DNA of 64,000 bases from Syntrophorhabdaceae bacterium. GTDB taxonomy: Bacteria > Desulfobacterota > Syntrophorhabdia > Syntrophorhabdales > Syntrophorhabdaceae. The stretch covers positions 58,655-122,654 of the forward strand of contig JAQVWF010000003.1 in NCBI GenBank assembly GCA_028698615.1, written 5' to 3'. Each line of letters opens with the position of its first letter. The first letter of the stretch is position 1. The notes under the pieces are model-generated. The model was given only the letters and a program-made list of their open reading frames with translations. It was not told where the DNA came from and ran no database searches. Position numbers and translations under genes: made by a program. This document shows positions 46,899-56,147 of the stretch, piece by piece.

Positions 46899-48089
46899 AT
46901 GCGAGTGGTTTGTGTTCATATTCCTCATTTTCATTTGCAGGCGGAATATCTGAAGGATCCCGATCTCAGGAAAAGGCCCGTTGTTATCGTGGGCATGCCA
47001 GAGGAGAGGGGGTTTGTCATCGATTGCTCCGAGGAGCTTGCACAAAGAGGGGTTGTGCCCACGATGCCCTTCAAGGAGGCATACCATCTCTGCTGCGATG
47101 CCACGCCTGTCCTTGCGCGAAGAAGGGAATACGGGCTTCTCTGGGAGAAGGCCCTCTCTTCCATCGCCGGTATAACACTGCGCATGGAGCCAAGAGAGGA
47201 AGGAACGGTCTTTCTCGACATTACACGGCTCCCCGGCATGTATAAAAGCGAGGAGCAGGTTGCATCGGCTCTCGGGCGCATGATAGGGGATCAATTTCAC
47301 CTCGACGTGAAGATCGGCGCCGGGAATTCCCGCTTCATTGCCTTCGAGGCCGCGCTTTGCGCCTCGACGGGCGTTCTTGTCATCCCTTCAGGCACGGAAA
47401 GGGAATTTCTCTCCCCCCTGGGTGTTGCCCGTCTGCCCATAACGGCTGATGTGCGTGACAGGCTTCACCTCCTCGGCCTCCATTCTCTGCGGCAACTGAG
47501 CGCCTTCACGCTTCCTGCCCTGACATCCCAATTCGGCGCCGCGGGAAAAGAGTTGTGGGAACTCTCCAACGGCGTCGGGGAGCGCGGCAGGATACCCTGT
47601 GCCTTCGCCATTACCGATGTCGACCGGGAACTGGTATGCGACGAACCGGTCTGCTCAAAACAACAGATCAAGGCAGCCCTTCTCGACCTTCTTGACGGGC
47701 TTTGCCTCGAGCTTGAAGAACTCGGCAAGGCATGCCGCACTATAAAGCTCGTATTCGATCTCCAGAACAGGACCTTTTTTGAGAAGCAATTTTTTCTGCA
47801 CGCACCCACGGTCCACAAGGAGGACATGCTGCGAAGGATCATGGCCGGGGTGGAAGGGGTGGAACTTGCAAGCCCCGTCCGGATAATGAGCGTTCGCGCG
47901 GGCGCCCTTGTGAACCACACGGGCAGACAGGAAAAACTCTTCCGGTCTCGTTCGGGCTTTGAAAAAAGCATGAAGGACATCAGGGGGTTCTTGAAGACAA
48001 AATACGGTTCCATGCCTATTGCACGGGTCGTCAGGAACGACAGCGGCACCCTTCTGCCCGATGACAGGTTCATCTTCGTCGAGCCATGA
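46899..48089 (+). CDS. imuB: ImuB-like inactive Y-family DNA polymerase
   Basis: Y-family fold, but the catalytic DxD is replaced (VCVHIPHFHLQAE versus the HVDMDxFFAxVE type). Located upstream of dnaE2 and under a LexA box. Confidence 0.8.
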   Translation: MRVVCVHIPHFHLQAEYLKDPDLRKRPVVIVGMPEERGFVIDCSEELAQRGVVPTMPFKEAYHLCCDATPVLARRREYGLLWEKALSSIAGITLRMEPREEGTVFLDITRLPGMYKSEEQVASALGRMIGDQFHLDVKIGAGNSRFIAFEAALCASTGVLVIPSGTEREFLSPLGVARLPITADVRDRLHLLGLHSLRQLSAFTLPALTSQFGAAGKELWELSNGVGERGRIPCAFAITDVDRELVCDEPVCSKQQIKAALLDLLDGLCLELEELGKACRTIKLVFDLQNRTFFEKQFFLHAPTVHKEDMLRRIMAGVEGVELASPVRIMSVRAGALVNHTGRQEKLFRSRSGFEKSMKDIRGFLKTKYGSMPIARVVRNDSGTLLPDDRFIFVEP

Positions 48090-48337
48090 AAGCTTCTCCT
48101 TTTGATCCCCAGCCCGTAGAAGTGGTTGCCGTCAACGATCTGCCAGTGCGTGTCACTTTCAAGAAGAAGCGGCAGAAGGTCAGGGATGTCGTCAACATCT
48201 GGCGTGTTGATGACACCTGGTGGCGAAAACAGGTTGTTCGTATGTATTATACCCTGGAGCTTGAGAGCGGCAGCCGGATCACCGTCTTTCAGGAACTGCC
48301 GGACGGTACATGGTACCGGCAGAACTGGACCGCCTGA
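48086..48337 (+). CDS. small Trp/Arg-rich protein (83 aa) between imuB and dnaE2
   Basis: ATGA overlap with the imuB stop; ends 10 nt before the dnaE2 ATG. Sequence ...VNIWRVDDTWWRKQVVRMYYTLELESG...GTWYRQNW. Confidence 0.6.
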   Translation: MKASPFDPQPVEVVAVNDLPVRVTFKKKRQKVRDVVNIWRVDDTWWRKQVVRMYYTLELESGSRITVFQELPDGTWYRQNWTA

Positions 48338-48347
48338 AGAAACCGCC

Positions 48348-51300
48348 ATGTATACCGAACTGCATACCCACTCGAACTTTTCCTTTCTCGACGGAGCCTC
48401 TCCAACCCACAGTCTTGTCAAACGGGCAGCGTTCCTTGGTATGGAGGCCCTTGCCATAACGGACCACGACGGGCTCTATAACGCCTGCATCTTCTCGAAG
48501 GCGGCAAAGGAAGCGGGGATAAAACCCATCATCGGAGCGGAACTAACCCTGGAAGGAGAGCACCACCTGACGGTTCTCATAGAAAATGCCAAAGGCTACG
48601 CAAATCTCTCACAGCTTATCACCCGGGCACATCTCGCCGGATCCAAGGGAAACCCCGTTCTTTCCGAAGGGGAACTGCCCGGCTGCACGGAAGGCCTTAT
48701 ATGCCTGTCGGGATGCACAAAGGGAAAAGTTTCCCGCCTTCTCATGGAGGGCGAAAAACGTGCGGCCTATGAAGCAGCGCAGGGATATGCAGCCCTTTTC
48801 GGACAGAAGAATTTTTACATCGAGATCGAGGGTCATCTGCTGCCGGAAGACAAGCGCCTGTGCCTGCAGCTTGCCGATCTGGCACACGCCCTCGGCCTTA
48901 AGGCCATTGTATCGAACAACGTCCACTATGCAACAAGGGCCGAGCATATCCTTCACGACGTCCTCACCTGCATAAGACACCGCGTACCCCTCGACAGATC
49001 GGCCCCCTTCCGGAGATTGAATTCAGAATTCTATCTCAAGGACCACAGGGAGATGATGCGGCTCCCCTGGCTCCCCCGGGAGGCAATAATGAGGACAAGG
49101 GACGTGGCAGATCGCTGTGTCTTCGATCTCGACTTCTCTTCCTTTTCCTATCCCCGGTTCCCCCTGCCGGAGGGAGAAACGGCCACGGGGTTCTTAAGGG
49201 GTCTTGCCCTGGAAAAGGCCCGTGCGCGGTACGGCGCCCTCACGGAAGAGACCCTCGCGAGGATCGACGACGAGATCGTGCTTATCGAGGAAAAGGGGCT
49301 TTCGGGATATTTCCTCGTTGTCTGGGATATCGTCGAACATGCAAAGACGATGGGCATATCGGCGCAGGGAAGGGGTTCGGCGGCAAGTTCCGTTGTCGCT
49401 TATGTCCTCGGGATCACTCCCGTCGACCCCATGAGGCATAAACTCTTTGTGGGGCGCTTTCTTAACGAGCTCAGCATCCCCGATATCGACGTCGATATCG
49501 CGACGAACAGAAGGGAGGAGGTTATCCAGTACGTTTATGATACATACGGGCGTGATCATGCCGCCATGGTCTGCACCTACGTGACCTTCCAGGGACGCAA
49601 CGCGATACGCGAGGTAGGAAAGGTCCTGGGACTTCCCGCGCACGTGCTCGACAGGATGGCAAAAACGGTTTCAGCCTATGGGGGCCGAGGCGCCATCGAC
49701 TCCCTGAAGGAGGTTTCCGAGTTCTCGCCCTATCTCGATTCCGGGGCCTGGGAGCACTTCGGCGACATCTGTACGAAGATAGCCGATTTCCCGAGACACC
49801 TTTCCATACACGTGGGAGGCATGATCCTCACTCCGCGGCCCATATCCGAGATCGTACCACAGGAACACGCCCGCGCGGAAGGAAGGATCGTCTGTCAATG
49901 GGACAAGGATTCCGTCAATGACGCGGGTCTCATCAAGTTCGACCTTCTCGGCCTGAGGATGCTTTCCCTTATCGATGACGCAAGGGAGCTTGTTCGTGAA
50001 CACAGGGGGATTGCCCTCGACTTCGACAGCCTCCCTCCCGACGACCCCGAGGTTTATAAGCTCATCAGCGAAGCCGATACCGTCGGCGTCTTCCAGGTGG
50101 AAAGCCGGGCTCAGATGCAAACCCTTCCCAAGGTAAGACCCCGGTCTTTAGAAGACCTCACCATGGAGGTGGCCATCGTGAGACCCGGCCCCCTGCAGGG
50201 CAATATGGTTCACCCCTTCATCCGTCGCAGGCAGGGCAAGGAACCCGTCACCCATCTTCACCCCAAACTGGCCCCCATCCTTGATGAAACGCTTGGAGTG
50301 ATCCTCTTCCAGGAACAGATACTCCAGGTGGCGATGGCCATAGCCGGGTTTACCGCGGGCGAGGCCAACAAATTGCGGAAGGCAATGGGGCGCAAGAACG
50401 CCCGCGAGGAACTCATGAAATGGCATGAACGTTTCGTTGAAGGGGCAAGGAAACAAGGGATAGCAAGCGTACTTGCGACGAAGATCTTCGACCACATAAG
50501 CGGTTTTGCCGATTTCGGCTTCTGCAAGAGTCATGCTGCCAGCTTTGCCATCCTCTGCTATCGTTCGGCATACCTGAAACGGTACTATCCGGCGGAATTT
50601 TACTGTGCCCTTCTCAACAATCAGCCCATGGGATTTTACACCCCCGAGGTGATAACGGGGGACGCAAAACGGCACAATGTTCCCGTCCTTCCCGTGGACA
50701 TCAACAGGAGCATGTGGAACTGCTCCATCGAAGAAGGGTCTTTAAGGACCGGCTTCAGGTACGTGAAGGGCATAGGAGAAGAAAAGGGCAACCGTATCCT
50801 CAAGGCTCGGCAGGGGGGTCCCTTCACATCACTGCAGGACTTTGCCGACAGGGCCGGGATCGACAATCAACCAACGCAAACTCTTGTCGCCGTGGGGGCG
50901 TTCAGCGCTCTAAAGACATCGCGAAGACAGCTCCTCTGGGAGGCCGGAACGCTGCGCACGACGGGACTTGCGGGATTCGCTGGAAGCGAGGGACAGGAGA
51001 GCCTCCCCATACCCGAAATGAATGCGGCGGAAGAAACGATAACCGATTATGCCTTCCAGGGGTTTTCCGCTTCACGCCACATAATGGAACTCTACCGAAA
51101 AGCCCTCGACAGGCTGGGAGTGCTCACAAGCAGCGGCCTCATCGATTGCCGGCCCGGTGCCGCCGTGCTCACCGCCGGCTACATGGTGTGTCTCCAGATG
51201 CCTCCCACCGCGAGGGGACGGTTTTCCTTCATGACCCTCGAGGACGAAGAAGGCCTGATCAACGTCGTGATAAGGCCGGAGGCCTACAAAGCCCACCGGA

Positions 51301-51422
51301 CCATCATACGCCTTGAACCTTTCCTGCTCGTGGAGGGGGTCGTTGAAAAGAGGGACGGGCTTATCAATGTCCGGGCAAACAGATTTGTGAGTTTAGGGGA
51401 AATCCTGTCAAAAGGGGCTTAA
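48348..51422 (+). CDS. dnaE2: error-prone DNA polymerase III alpha-like DnaE2 (ImuC)
   Basis: PHP domain MYTELHTHSNFSFLDGAS, DIDVD, the pol III alpha core and a C-terminal OB fold. Start moved from 48126 to ATG 48348. Confidence 0.93.
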   Translation: MYTELHTHSNFSFLDGASPTHSLVKRAAFLGMEALAITDHDGLYNACIFSKAAKEAGIKPIIGAELTLEGEHHLTVLIENAKGYANLSQLITRAHLAGSKGNPVLSEGELPGCTEGLICLSGCTKGKVSRLLMEGEKRAAYEAAQGYAALFGQKNFYIEIEGHLLPEDKRLCLQLADLAHALGLKAIVSNNVHYATRAEHILHDVLTCIRHRVPLDRSAPFRRLNSEFYLKDHREMMRLPWLPREAIMRTRDVADRCVFDLDFSSFSYPRFPLPEGETATGFLRGLALEKARARYGALTEETLARIDDEIVLIEEKGLSGYFLVVWDIVEHAKTMGISAQGRGSAASSVVAYVLGITPVDPMRHKLFVGRFLNELSIPDIDVDIATNRREEVIQYVYDTYGRDHAAMVCTYVTFQGRNAIREVGKVLGLPAHVLDRMAKTVSAYGGRGAIDSLKEVSEFSPYLDSGAWEHFGDICTKIADFPRHLSIHVGGMILTPRPISEIVPQEHARAEGRIVCQWDKDSVNDAGLIKFDLLGLRMLSLIDDARELVREHRGIALDFDSLPPDDPEVYKLISEADTVGVFQVESRAQMQTLPKVRPRSLEDLTMEVAIVRPGPLQGNMVHPFIRRRQGKEPVTHLHPKLAPILDETLGVILFQEQILQVAMAIAGFTAGEANKLRKAMGRKNAREELMKWHERFVEGARKQGIASVLATKIFDHISGFADFGFCKSHAASFAILCYRSAYLKRYYPAEFYCALLNNQPMGFYTPEVITGDAKRHNVPVLPVDINRSMWNCSIEEGSLRTGFRYVKGIGEEKGNRILKARQGGPFTSLQDFADRAGIDNQPTQTLVAVGAFSALKTSRRQLLWEAGTLRTTGLAGFAGSEGQESLPIPEMNAAEETITDYAFQGFSASRHIMELYRKALDRLGVLTSSGLIDCRPGAAVLTAGYMVCLQMPPTARGRFSFMTLEDEEGLINVVIRPEAYKAHRTIIRLEPFLLVEGVVEKRDGLINVRANRFVSLGEILSKGA

Positions 51423-52333
51423 GGTTGTGCGACTGTGATCGCGAACTCCTTTTCCAGCTCCATGTTCTGCAGGAAATGATGCTTGACGTATATGCGCACC
51501 ATGGAAGTCCCTTCCTTCCGGGCCTTCAACTCCCGTGCAAGCCACGTCTCCGAAACAACCCATCCGTCTTTGTCAATGAAATCGCGCCGAACCCTGGCAT
51601 CCTGAAGGACCGCGATCGAATCCCCCTCAACCTTTACATCATAGAAGGGGCCGCTTTTGCTGCCCTCCTGCCCGTAGTGCAGAAGGGCGCTCTGCCCTGG
51701 AGGCAGCGTCCCGCCGTCGCCAAGGTCAAAAAACGTAAAATTCCTTGCAAGCATACCGCCATCCCATTTGTCCCCGTTGACGGTGAGCACGTTCTTGCCT
51801 TTCTTCCAGGCAGGATCGAAAGAAACGGTCTGTATGTCGCCGGTCGACGGTCTCGCATGGATCTCCTTGCCATTGAAGAATATCTTCACCCCGGTGACGT
51901 TGACCAACACAATGCTCAGCTTCTCCCTCCGTGTGATTATTTCCCGGCTTCCCGTGTACCCCAGAATGGTGATAAAAGGCATCGGCGTCCAATCGAGGCT
52001 GCCCCTGGCCTCCAGTTGTTTTCCACCGGCGATGCATTTCACTGTGACAGATTGTCTCTGTGTTCTTCCCGGCATGAAAATGAAGTCCGCCATGCTGCGG
52101 TCCCCCGAGAAACCGCCGGACCTTTGTTTCGTCCTGACGGGTTTCCCGTTTATCTCCACTGTGAATTTGGGATCCATCCAGGTCTTCGGGAATTCGACGG
52201 ACACGACCGCGTATATACCGCTTTTGACGGGCTCAACGGAGATGATCCTGAGGCCCTGTGGCCGCCCGTCTGCACGGACGATCGAAATGAGGAGAACGAT
52301 GAACACCCATACAAAAAGCAACCTCTTTGCCAT
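51419..52333 (-). CDS. hypothetical secreted protein (304 aa)
   Basis: Signal peptide MAKRLLFVWVFIVLLISIVRADG and a beta-rich sequence. No family recognised. Confidence 0.6.
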   Translation of the reverse strand: MAKRLLFVWVFIVLLISIVRADGRPQGLRIISVEPVKSGIYAVVSVEFPKTWMDPKFTVEINGKPVRTKQRSGGFSGDRSMADFIFMPGRTQRQSVTVKCIAGGKQLEARGSLDWTPMPFITILGYTGSREIITRREKLSIVLVNVTGVKIFFNGKEIHARPSTGDIQTVSFDPAWKKGKNVLTVNGDKWDGGMLARNFTFFDLGDGGTLPPGQSALLHYGQEGSKSGPFYDVKVEGDSIAVLQDARVRRDFIDKDGWVVSETWLARELKARKEGTSMVRIYVKHHFLQNMELEKEFAITVAQP

Positions 52334-52352
52334 AGCTGCTCTTCCCTCAGCG

Positions 52353-52922
52353 CTACTGTATTCTTGCGAGTATCTTCATCGCCGCCTTCGTGGAGAGGCT
52401 GAGGTCCTGCTCGGTGCGGGCTTTCTCCATGGCCTCCTTGCTTTTGAAACTGCCGGCCAGATGGTCATGGACAAGTATGGTGAGAAGATGGCTGCCCTTA
52501 ATGACCCAGAGGTCATGGCCGTTCCAGAAGGCCTCGTCTCCCAATCCGCCGATACTCTTCATTTTCTGCGCCGTACCGGGATTCCCCATACGGGCCCTTT
52601 TCTGTCTGTCGAAGACATCCCTGGCGGACTTGAATATCCCCTCGCCCCTGATCTCGTCGGAAGAGGAAACCCTCAGTTTCGCGTTGAAGGAACCGCCTTT
52701 TTTCTTAAAGAAATAGGTGCAGTTATTACCCGCCGGGGCGGATACCTTGCCCGCCCTCTGCGATGAGGCGGGCTGATTGAAAAGCGCCTCAGCATCAGCC
52801 CTGGTAAAAAGCGCACAGGCATCAGGAGAACCCGCGGCACATACCGGAGCGGAACCGAATATCACTGTCATGATGACCACCACCGCAAGGACCACGCCCG
52901 ATAGAATCACGCATTTCTTCAT
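52353..52922 (-). CDS. hypothetical secreted protein (189 aa)
   Basis: Signal peptide and AAGSPDAC. AAGGAGG RBS. No family recognised. Confidence 0.6.
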   Translation of the reverse strand: MKKCVILSGVVLAVVVIMTVIFGSAPVCAAGSPDACALFTRADAEALFNQPASSQRAGKVSAPAGNNCTYFFKKKGGSFNAKLRVSSSDEIRGEGIFKSARDVFDRQKRARMGNPGTAQKMKSIGGLGDEAFWNGHDLWVIKGSHLLTILVHDHLAGSFKSKEAMEKARTEQDLSLSTKAAMKILARIQ

Positions 52923-53102
52923 AACGCCTCCTTAATAAAAACAGCTCCAGCCGCCTGAACAGCCTGCGCCTGAACCTTAGAAAACAATACTACTATAAAA
53001 TGCGGTCAGAATAAACACTCTCCGGAGACCTTCACCCACCCTGTCAGCAATGAGTTTTGTCAGGCCCGGCGGAAATGATGACCCGGGTTTTTTGGCGTGA
53101 TG

Positions 53103-53128
53103 CCTGAGGCTTGAGACCTGAGACCGTC
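53103..53128. repeat. three tandem heptamers CTGAGGC TTGAGAC CTGAGAC plus CGTC
   Basis: Variant of the CTGAAACCGTCTTTA junction motif. Directly abuts the TAA stop (53130-53132) of the minus-strand ATPase gene. Confidence 0.6.
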
Positions 53129-53129
53129 T

Positions 53130-53903
53130 TTAGAGTTGTTCTCTGGCCAGGAGCGCGGCGCCGAGGGCGGCGGTTATCTGGGGCACTTCAGGAACAAGGG
53201 CATCTGTTCCCAGCTCCGCCGCTATGGCCTTCACGAGTCCGATATCCATGGCGCCCCCGCCCGTTACGGCACAATCGGGAGTAAGGCCCACGCGTATGAC
53301 GAGAGTGACTATCTTCGATGCCATGGCCTTGTGGATCCCCGCCAGGATATCCGCTGGCGTCGCACCTTCCGATATGCGTGAGACCGCCTCGGACTCGGCA
53401 AAAACAGCGCAACCCGTGGTGAATTCGACGGCCTTCCGGGCCTTCAGGGAAAGCTCCCCGATGTCGCTCACGTTCATGCCGAGGATACGCGCCGCCACCT
53501 GAAGGAATTTTCCACTCCCGCCGGCACACTTCTCATTCATTATGAAGTTGGCAAGTTTTCCCTCATCGTGGAGACGGATGGCGCGGGAGTACTGCGCCCC
53601 CACATCCATGACCGTCCTTACTGAAGGGAAAAGATAATGAATACCGATGGCATGACAGGAGATGTCCGTGGAAGTCTCGTCGGCAAAGTCGACCACGTTG
53701 CCGCCGTACCCGGCGGCAACCGTCCGGGCTATATCGCCTTGGCTGAGGTTTGCCTTCTCAAGGGCAACCCGGGCGACGGCCCTTCCTGCCTCACGGTAAT
53801 CGCCCCCCGACGGCATGACGGCATAAGAGCGAATCTCGTTCCCTTCAAGGATAACCGCCTTTGAATAACCGGAACCCACATCTATACCGAGTACGTGCGC
53901 CAC
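53130..53903 (-). CDS. BcrA/BcrD/BadF/HgdC-family ATPase subunit (BzdQ/BcrA-like)
   Basis: VLGIDVGSGYSK, MNEKCAGGSGKFL and TTGCAVFAESE: an acetate/sugar-kinase fold with the two cluster-bridging Cys. Confidence 0.85.
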   Translation of the reverse strand: MAHVLGIDVGSGYSKAVILEGNEIRSYAVMPSGGDYREAGRAVARVALEKANLSQGDIARTVAAGYGGNVVDFADETSTDISCHAIGIHYLFPSVRTVMDVGAQYSRAIRLHDEGKLANFIMNEKCAGGSGKFLQVAARILGMNVSDIGELSLKARKAVEFTTGCAVFAESEAVSRISEGATPADILAGIHKAMASKIVTLVIRVGLTPDCAVTGGGAMDIGLVKAIAAELGTDALVPEVPQITAALGAALLAREQL

Positions 53904-53912
53904 GTCAATTCC

Positions 53913-54752
53913 TCATTTAAAGAATGTCGCCTCATCAAGCTTGTGACCACAACGGGTCGGCCTTAGCCCCTCGGCGGCGTATTTTACGAAGATATCCCTG
54001 CCCATCAAGGCAGCGCCCAATGCACCCGTTATGAGGGGCTCCGGAGGCACCAGAAGCGGTCTCCCGAACTTTGTTTCCAGCGCCTTCACGAGACCGATGT
54101 TCTTGGCCCCTCCGCCGGTTACCGCAATCTCCGGCTCAACGTTGAGCTTCTTAACGAGTGAATAGACCCTCGTGGCCACCGCATCGTGAATGCCGGCCAT
54201 CAGGTTCGCGATGGGTTCTCCGCTAGCCAGCCGGGAGATTATCTCCTGTTCCGCGAATACGGTGCACGTGCTGCTGACGGATGCGATCTTCTCCGCCGTC
54301 AGGGAAAGTTCACCTATCTTTTCCAGGGGTACGCCGAGGGAATCGGCGATGATCTCGAGAAAACGCCCCGTACCGGCGGCGCATTTGTCGTTCATGACAA
54401 AGTTCATCACCTTGCCGTTTTGGATCTTGATGCCTTTACTGTCCTGGCCGCCGATGTCGACAACCGTTCTTACAGAGGGGAGGAGGCTGTGCAAGCCTTT
54501 TGCGTGGCAGGTGATCTCAGTGATCTGTCGGTCTGCAAAGGGAACGTTGATCCTGCCGTATCCAGTCGCAACTATGTATGTCAGGTCTTCGAAGGAGAGG
54601 CGCGCTTGATCGAGCGCCTCCTCCATCACTCTGTTTGCCAGCTTTCGGTGTTCGGGGCCCGTGGGCCCTATAAGCGACGCCTCGATCCCGTCACCCACGA
54701 TCACCACCTTGGTCATGGTGGAGCCGATATCAACACCGGCAAAATAATCCAT
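53913..54752 (-). CDS. BcrA/BcrD/BadF/HgdC-family ATPase subunit (BzdP/BcrD-like)
   Basis: FAGVDIGSTMTK, MNDKCAAGTGRFLE and SSTCTVFAEQE. A paralogue of the adjacent ATPase. Confidence 0.85.
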   Translation of the reverse strand: MDYFAGVDIGSTMTKVVIVGDGIEASLIGPTGPEHRKLANRVMEEALDQARLSFEDLTYIVATGYGRINVPFADRQITEITCHAKGLHSLLPSVRTVVDIGGQDSKGIKIQNGKVMNFVMNDKCAAGTGRFLEIIADSLGVPLEKIGELSLTAEKIASVSSTCTVFAEQEIISRLASGEPIANLMAGIHDAVATRVYSLVKKLNVEPEIAVTGGGAKNIGLVKALETKFGRPLLVPPEPLITGALGAALMGRDIFVKYAAEGLRPTRCGHKLDEATFFK

Positions 54753-54792
54753 CTGATACCGCTCCTATTTCGGTTTGCGGAAACTCAGGCCT

Positions 54793-56124
54793 TTAGCCCT
54801 GTCTCTTTTTATGTGCCGCGAGAGCCTCAATAAAGGCATCAATCCTGTTGTGGGTATCCGCCTCGTTATAGGAACTGATATCAACAATATCACCCTCCAT
54901 GATGAGGATGGGGATGTCCTTGTATACCTTCTTCAGCGTGGCGGCCTGCTGCATGATGCCGGCATGCCAGCTCCGGCATGAGAAAGCGGAGTGGAAAACC
55001 GCGCCGTCGCACTTGTAATCTTCGATATACTCGATGATCCGCTCTACCTTCGGCGTCGAACCGGAACGCTTTCTTGCCGCATCGTACCAGTGTGTCCAGT
55101 ATCTCACCCATCTCCAGGCAATGTGTTCAAGGGGGTCATTCGTCTTCGGCAGGTCCAGGCGCTCGATCTTTTCACAACCGCGATAGGTCACTTCCACGGG
55201 GAAGACAACGCCTTTGCCGTTGAAATACTGGAAATCTCCCAGTGCGAACCAGCTCGGAAGTCCTGCTGCCCAGATGATCCGGTACTTCTCGGGACTGGCC
55301 ACACCTACTCCGTCGGCAATCTTCTGCCTCAGTTCAGCATTGAGGTCAACGTAGAAATCGTACGCTTCCTGGGTCCCCAGGTTGAATGTCAGCGGGACCA
55401 TTGTGTTCATGGCATCGCCGGTGTCCATGGGTGTCGGGATGTGCTTGCGCAGTTCATATGTGTCGATGAAAAGGTCCCAGGTCTTGTCGGAAAGCTCTAC
55501 TGTGGCTGCCAGGCGATCCCAATCCATCTTTTTGCCCGTTATCTTCTCGCAAAACTTGACGGTCTCGCGAAGTTCCTCGGCGGCGTACTTTACATAAATA
55601 GCTTCCTGCTCATGGTGGTCTACATTAGGGTCCCACGGCGGATAATACATGTTGGTGACAAAGACAGGGACATCCTGCTGATAGTGCTGTGTCGCCTGGG
55701 GCCATTTGAAGCGCGGGTCACACAGAAGCTGGCCGTTGCCGAGCATCATGTCCGGCCGGCCCATGCCGCCCCACGGTGCGCCTTCCGGCGTCGCTCCGCC
55801 CAGTTCTTCGCGCATCATGTCAAAGCCGATGTTGCAGGTTGCGTAGGTACACAGGGACCGGGAGAAGTTGTCCGACTCTGCTTTCTGGAGATACTTTTCC
55901 GCATCGCGTTTTGCCGCACAGACGCCGGAGAAGCTTTCACCCCATGCGGGGACGATGTCCATGGCACGCATGATCTCATCCTGACCGTCGGCGATGAAGG
56001 CCGCGGCCACTTTCTTCCCTTCTTCCTTCGCTTTTAGTGTTGCAGACAGGTTGCCCCGCACGAATTTCGGTATCTTTGCCGCCGTTGATGTTGCAACTGC
56101 TCTTCCTTTTTTTTCTTCAGCCAT
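54793..56124 (-). CDS. benzoyl-CoA reductase/2-hydroxyacyl-CoA dehydratase family subunit (BcrB/BadE/BzdO-like)
   Basis: 443 aa, HGD-D family appearance (CTYATC, MYYPPWDP, FHSAFSCRSW). Confidence 0.8.
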   Translation of the reverse strand: MAEEKKGRAVATSTAAKIPKFVRGNLSATLKAKEEGKKVAAAFIADGQDEIMRAMDIVPAWGESFSGVCAAKRDAEKYLQKAESDNFSRSLCTYATCNIGFDMMREELGGATPEGAPWGGMGRPDMMLGNGQLLCDPRFKWPQATQHYQQDVPVFVTNMYYPPWDPNVDHHEQEAIYVKYAAEELRETVKFCEKITGKKMDWDRLAATVELSDKTWDLFIDTYELRKHIPTPMDTGDAMNTMVPLTFNLGTQEAYDFYVDLNAELRQKIADGVGVASPEKYRIIWAAGLPSWFALGDFQYFNGKGVVFPVEVTYRGCEKIERLDLPKTNDPLEHIAWRWVRYWTHWYDAARKRSGSTPKVERIIEYIEDYKCDGAVFHSAFSCRSWHAGIMQQAATLKKVYKDIPILIMEGDIVDISSYNEADTHNRIDAFIEALAAHKKRQG

Positions 56125-56147
56125 AATGTGGTTCTCCTCTCTCTCGG

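Noticed and set aside
48126-48347. N-terminal extension of dnaE2 given in the ORF track (start 48126)
   Set aside because: The extension overlaps orf83 in another frame and is Arg/Ser/Cys-rich junk. The canonical PHP-domain start MYTELHTHSNFS begins at ATG 48348.
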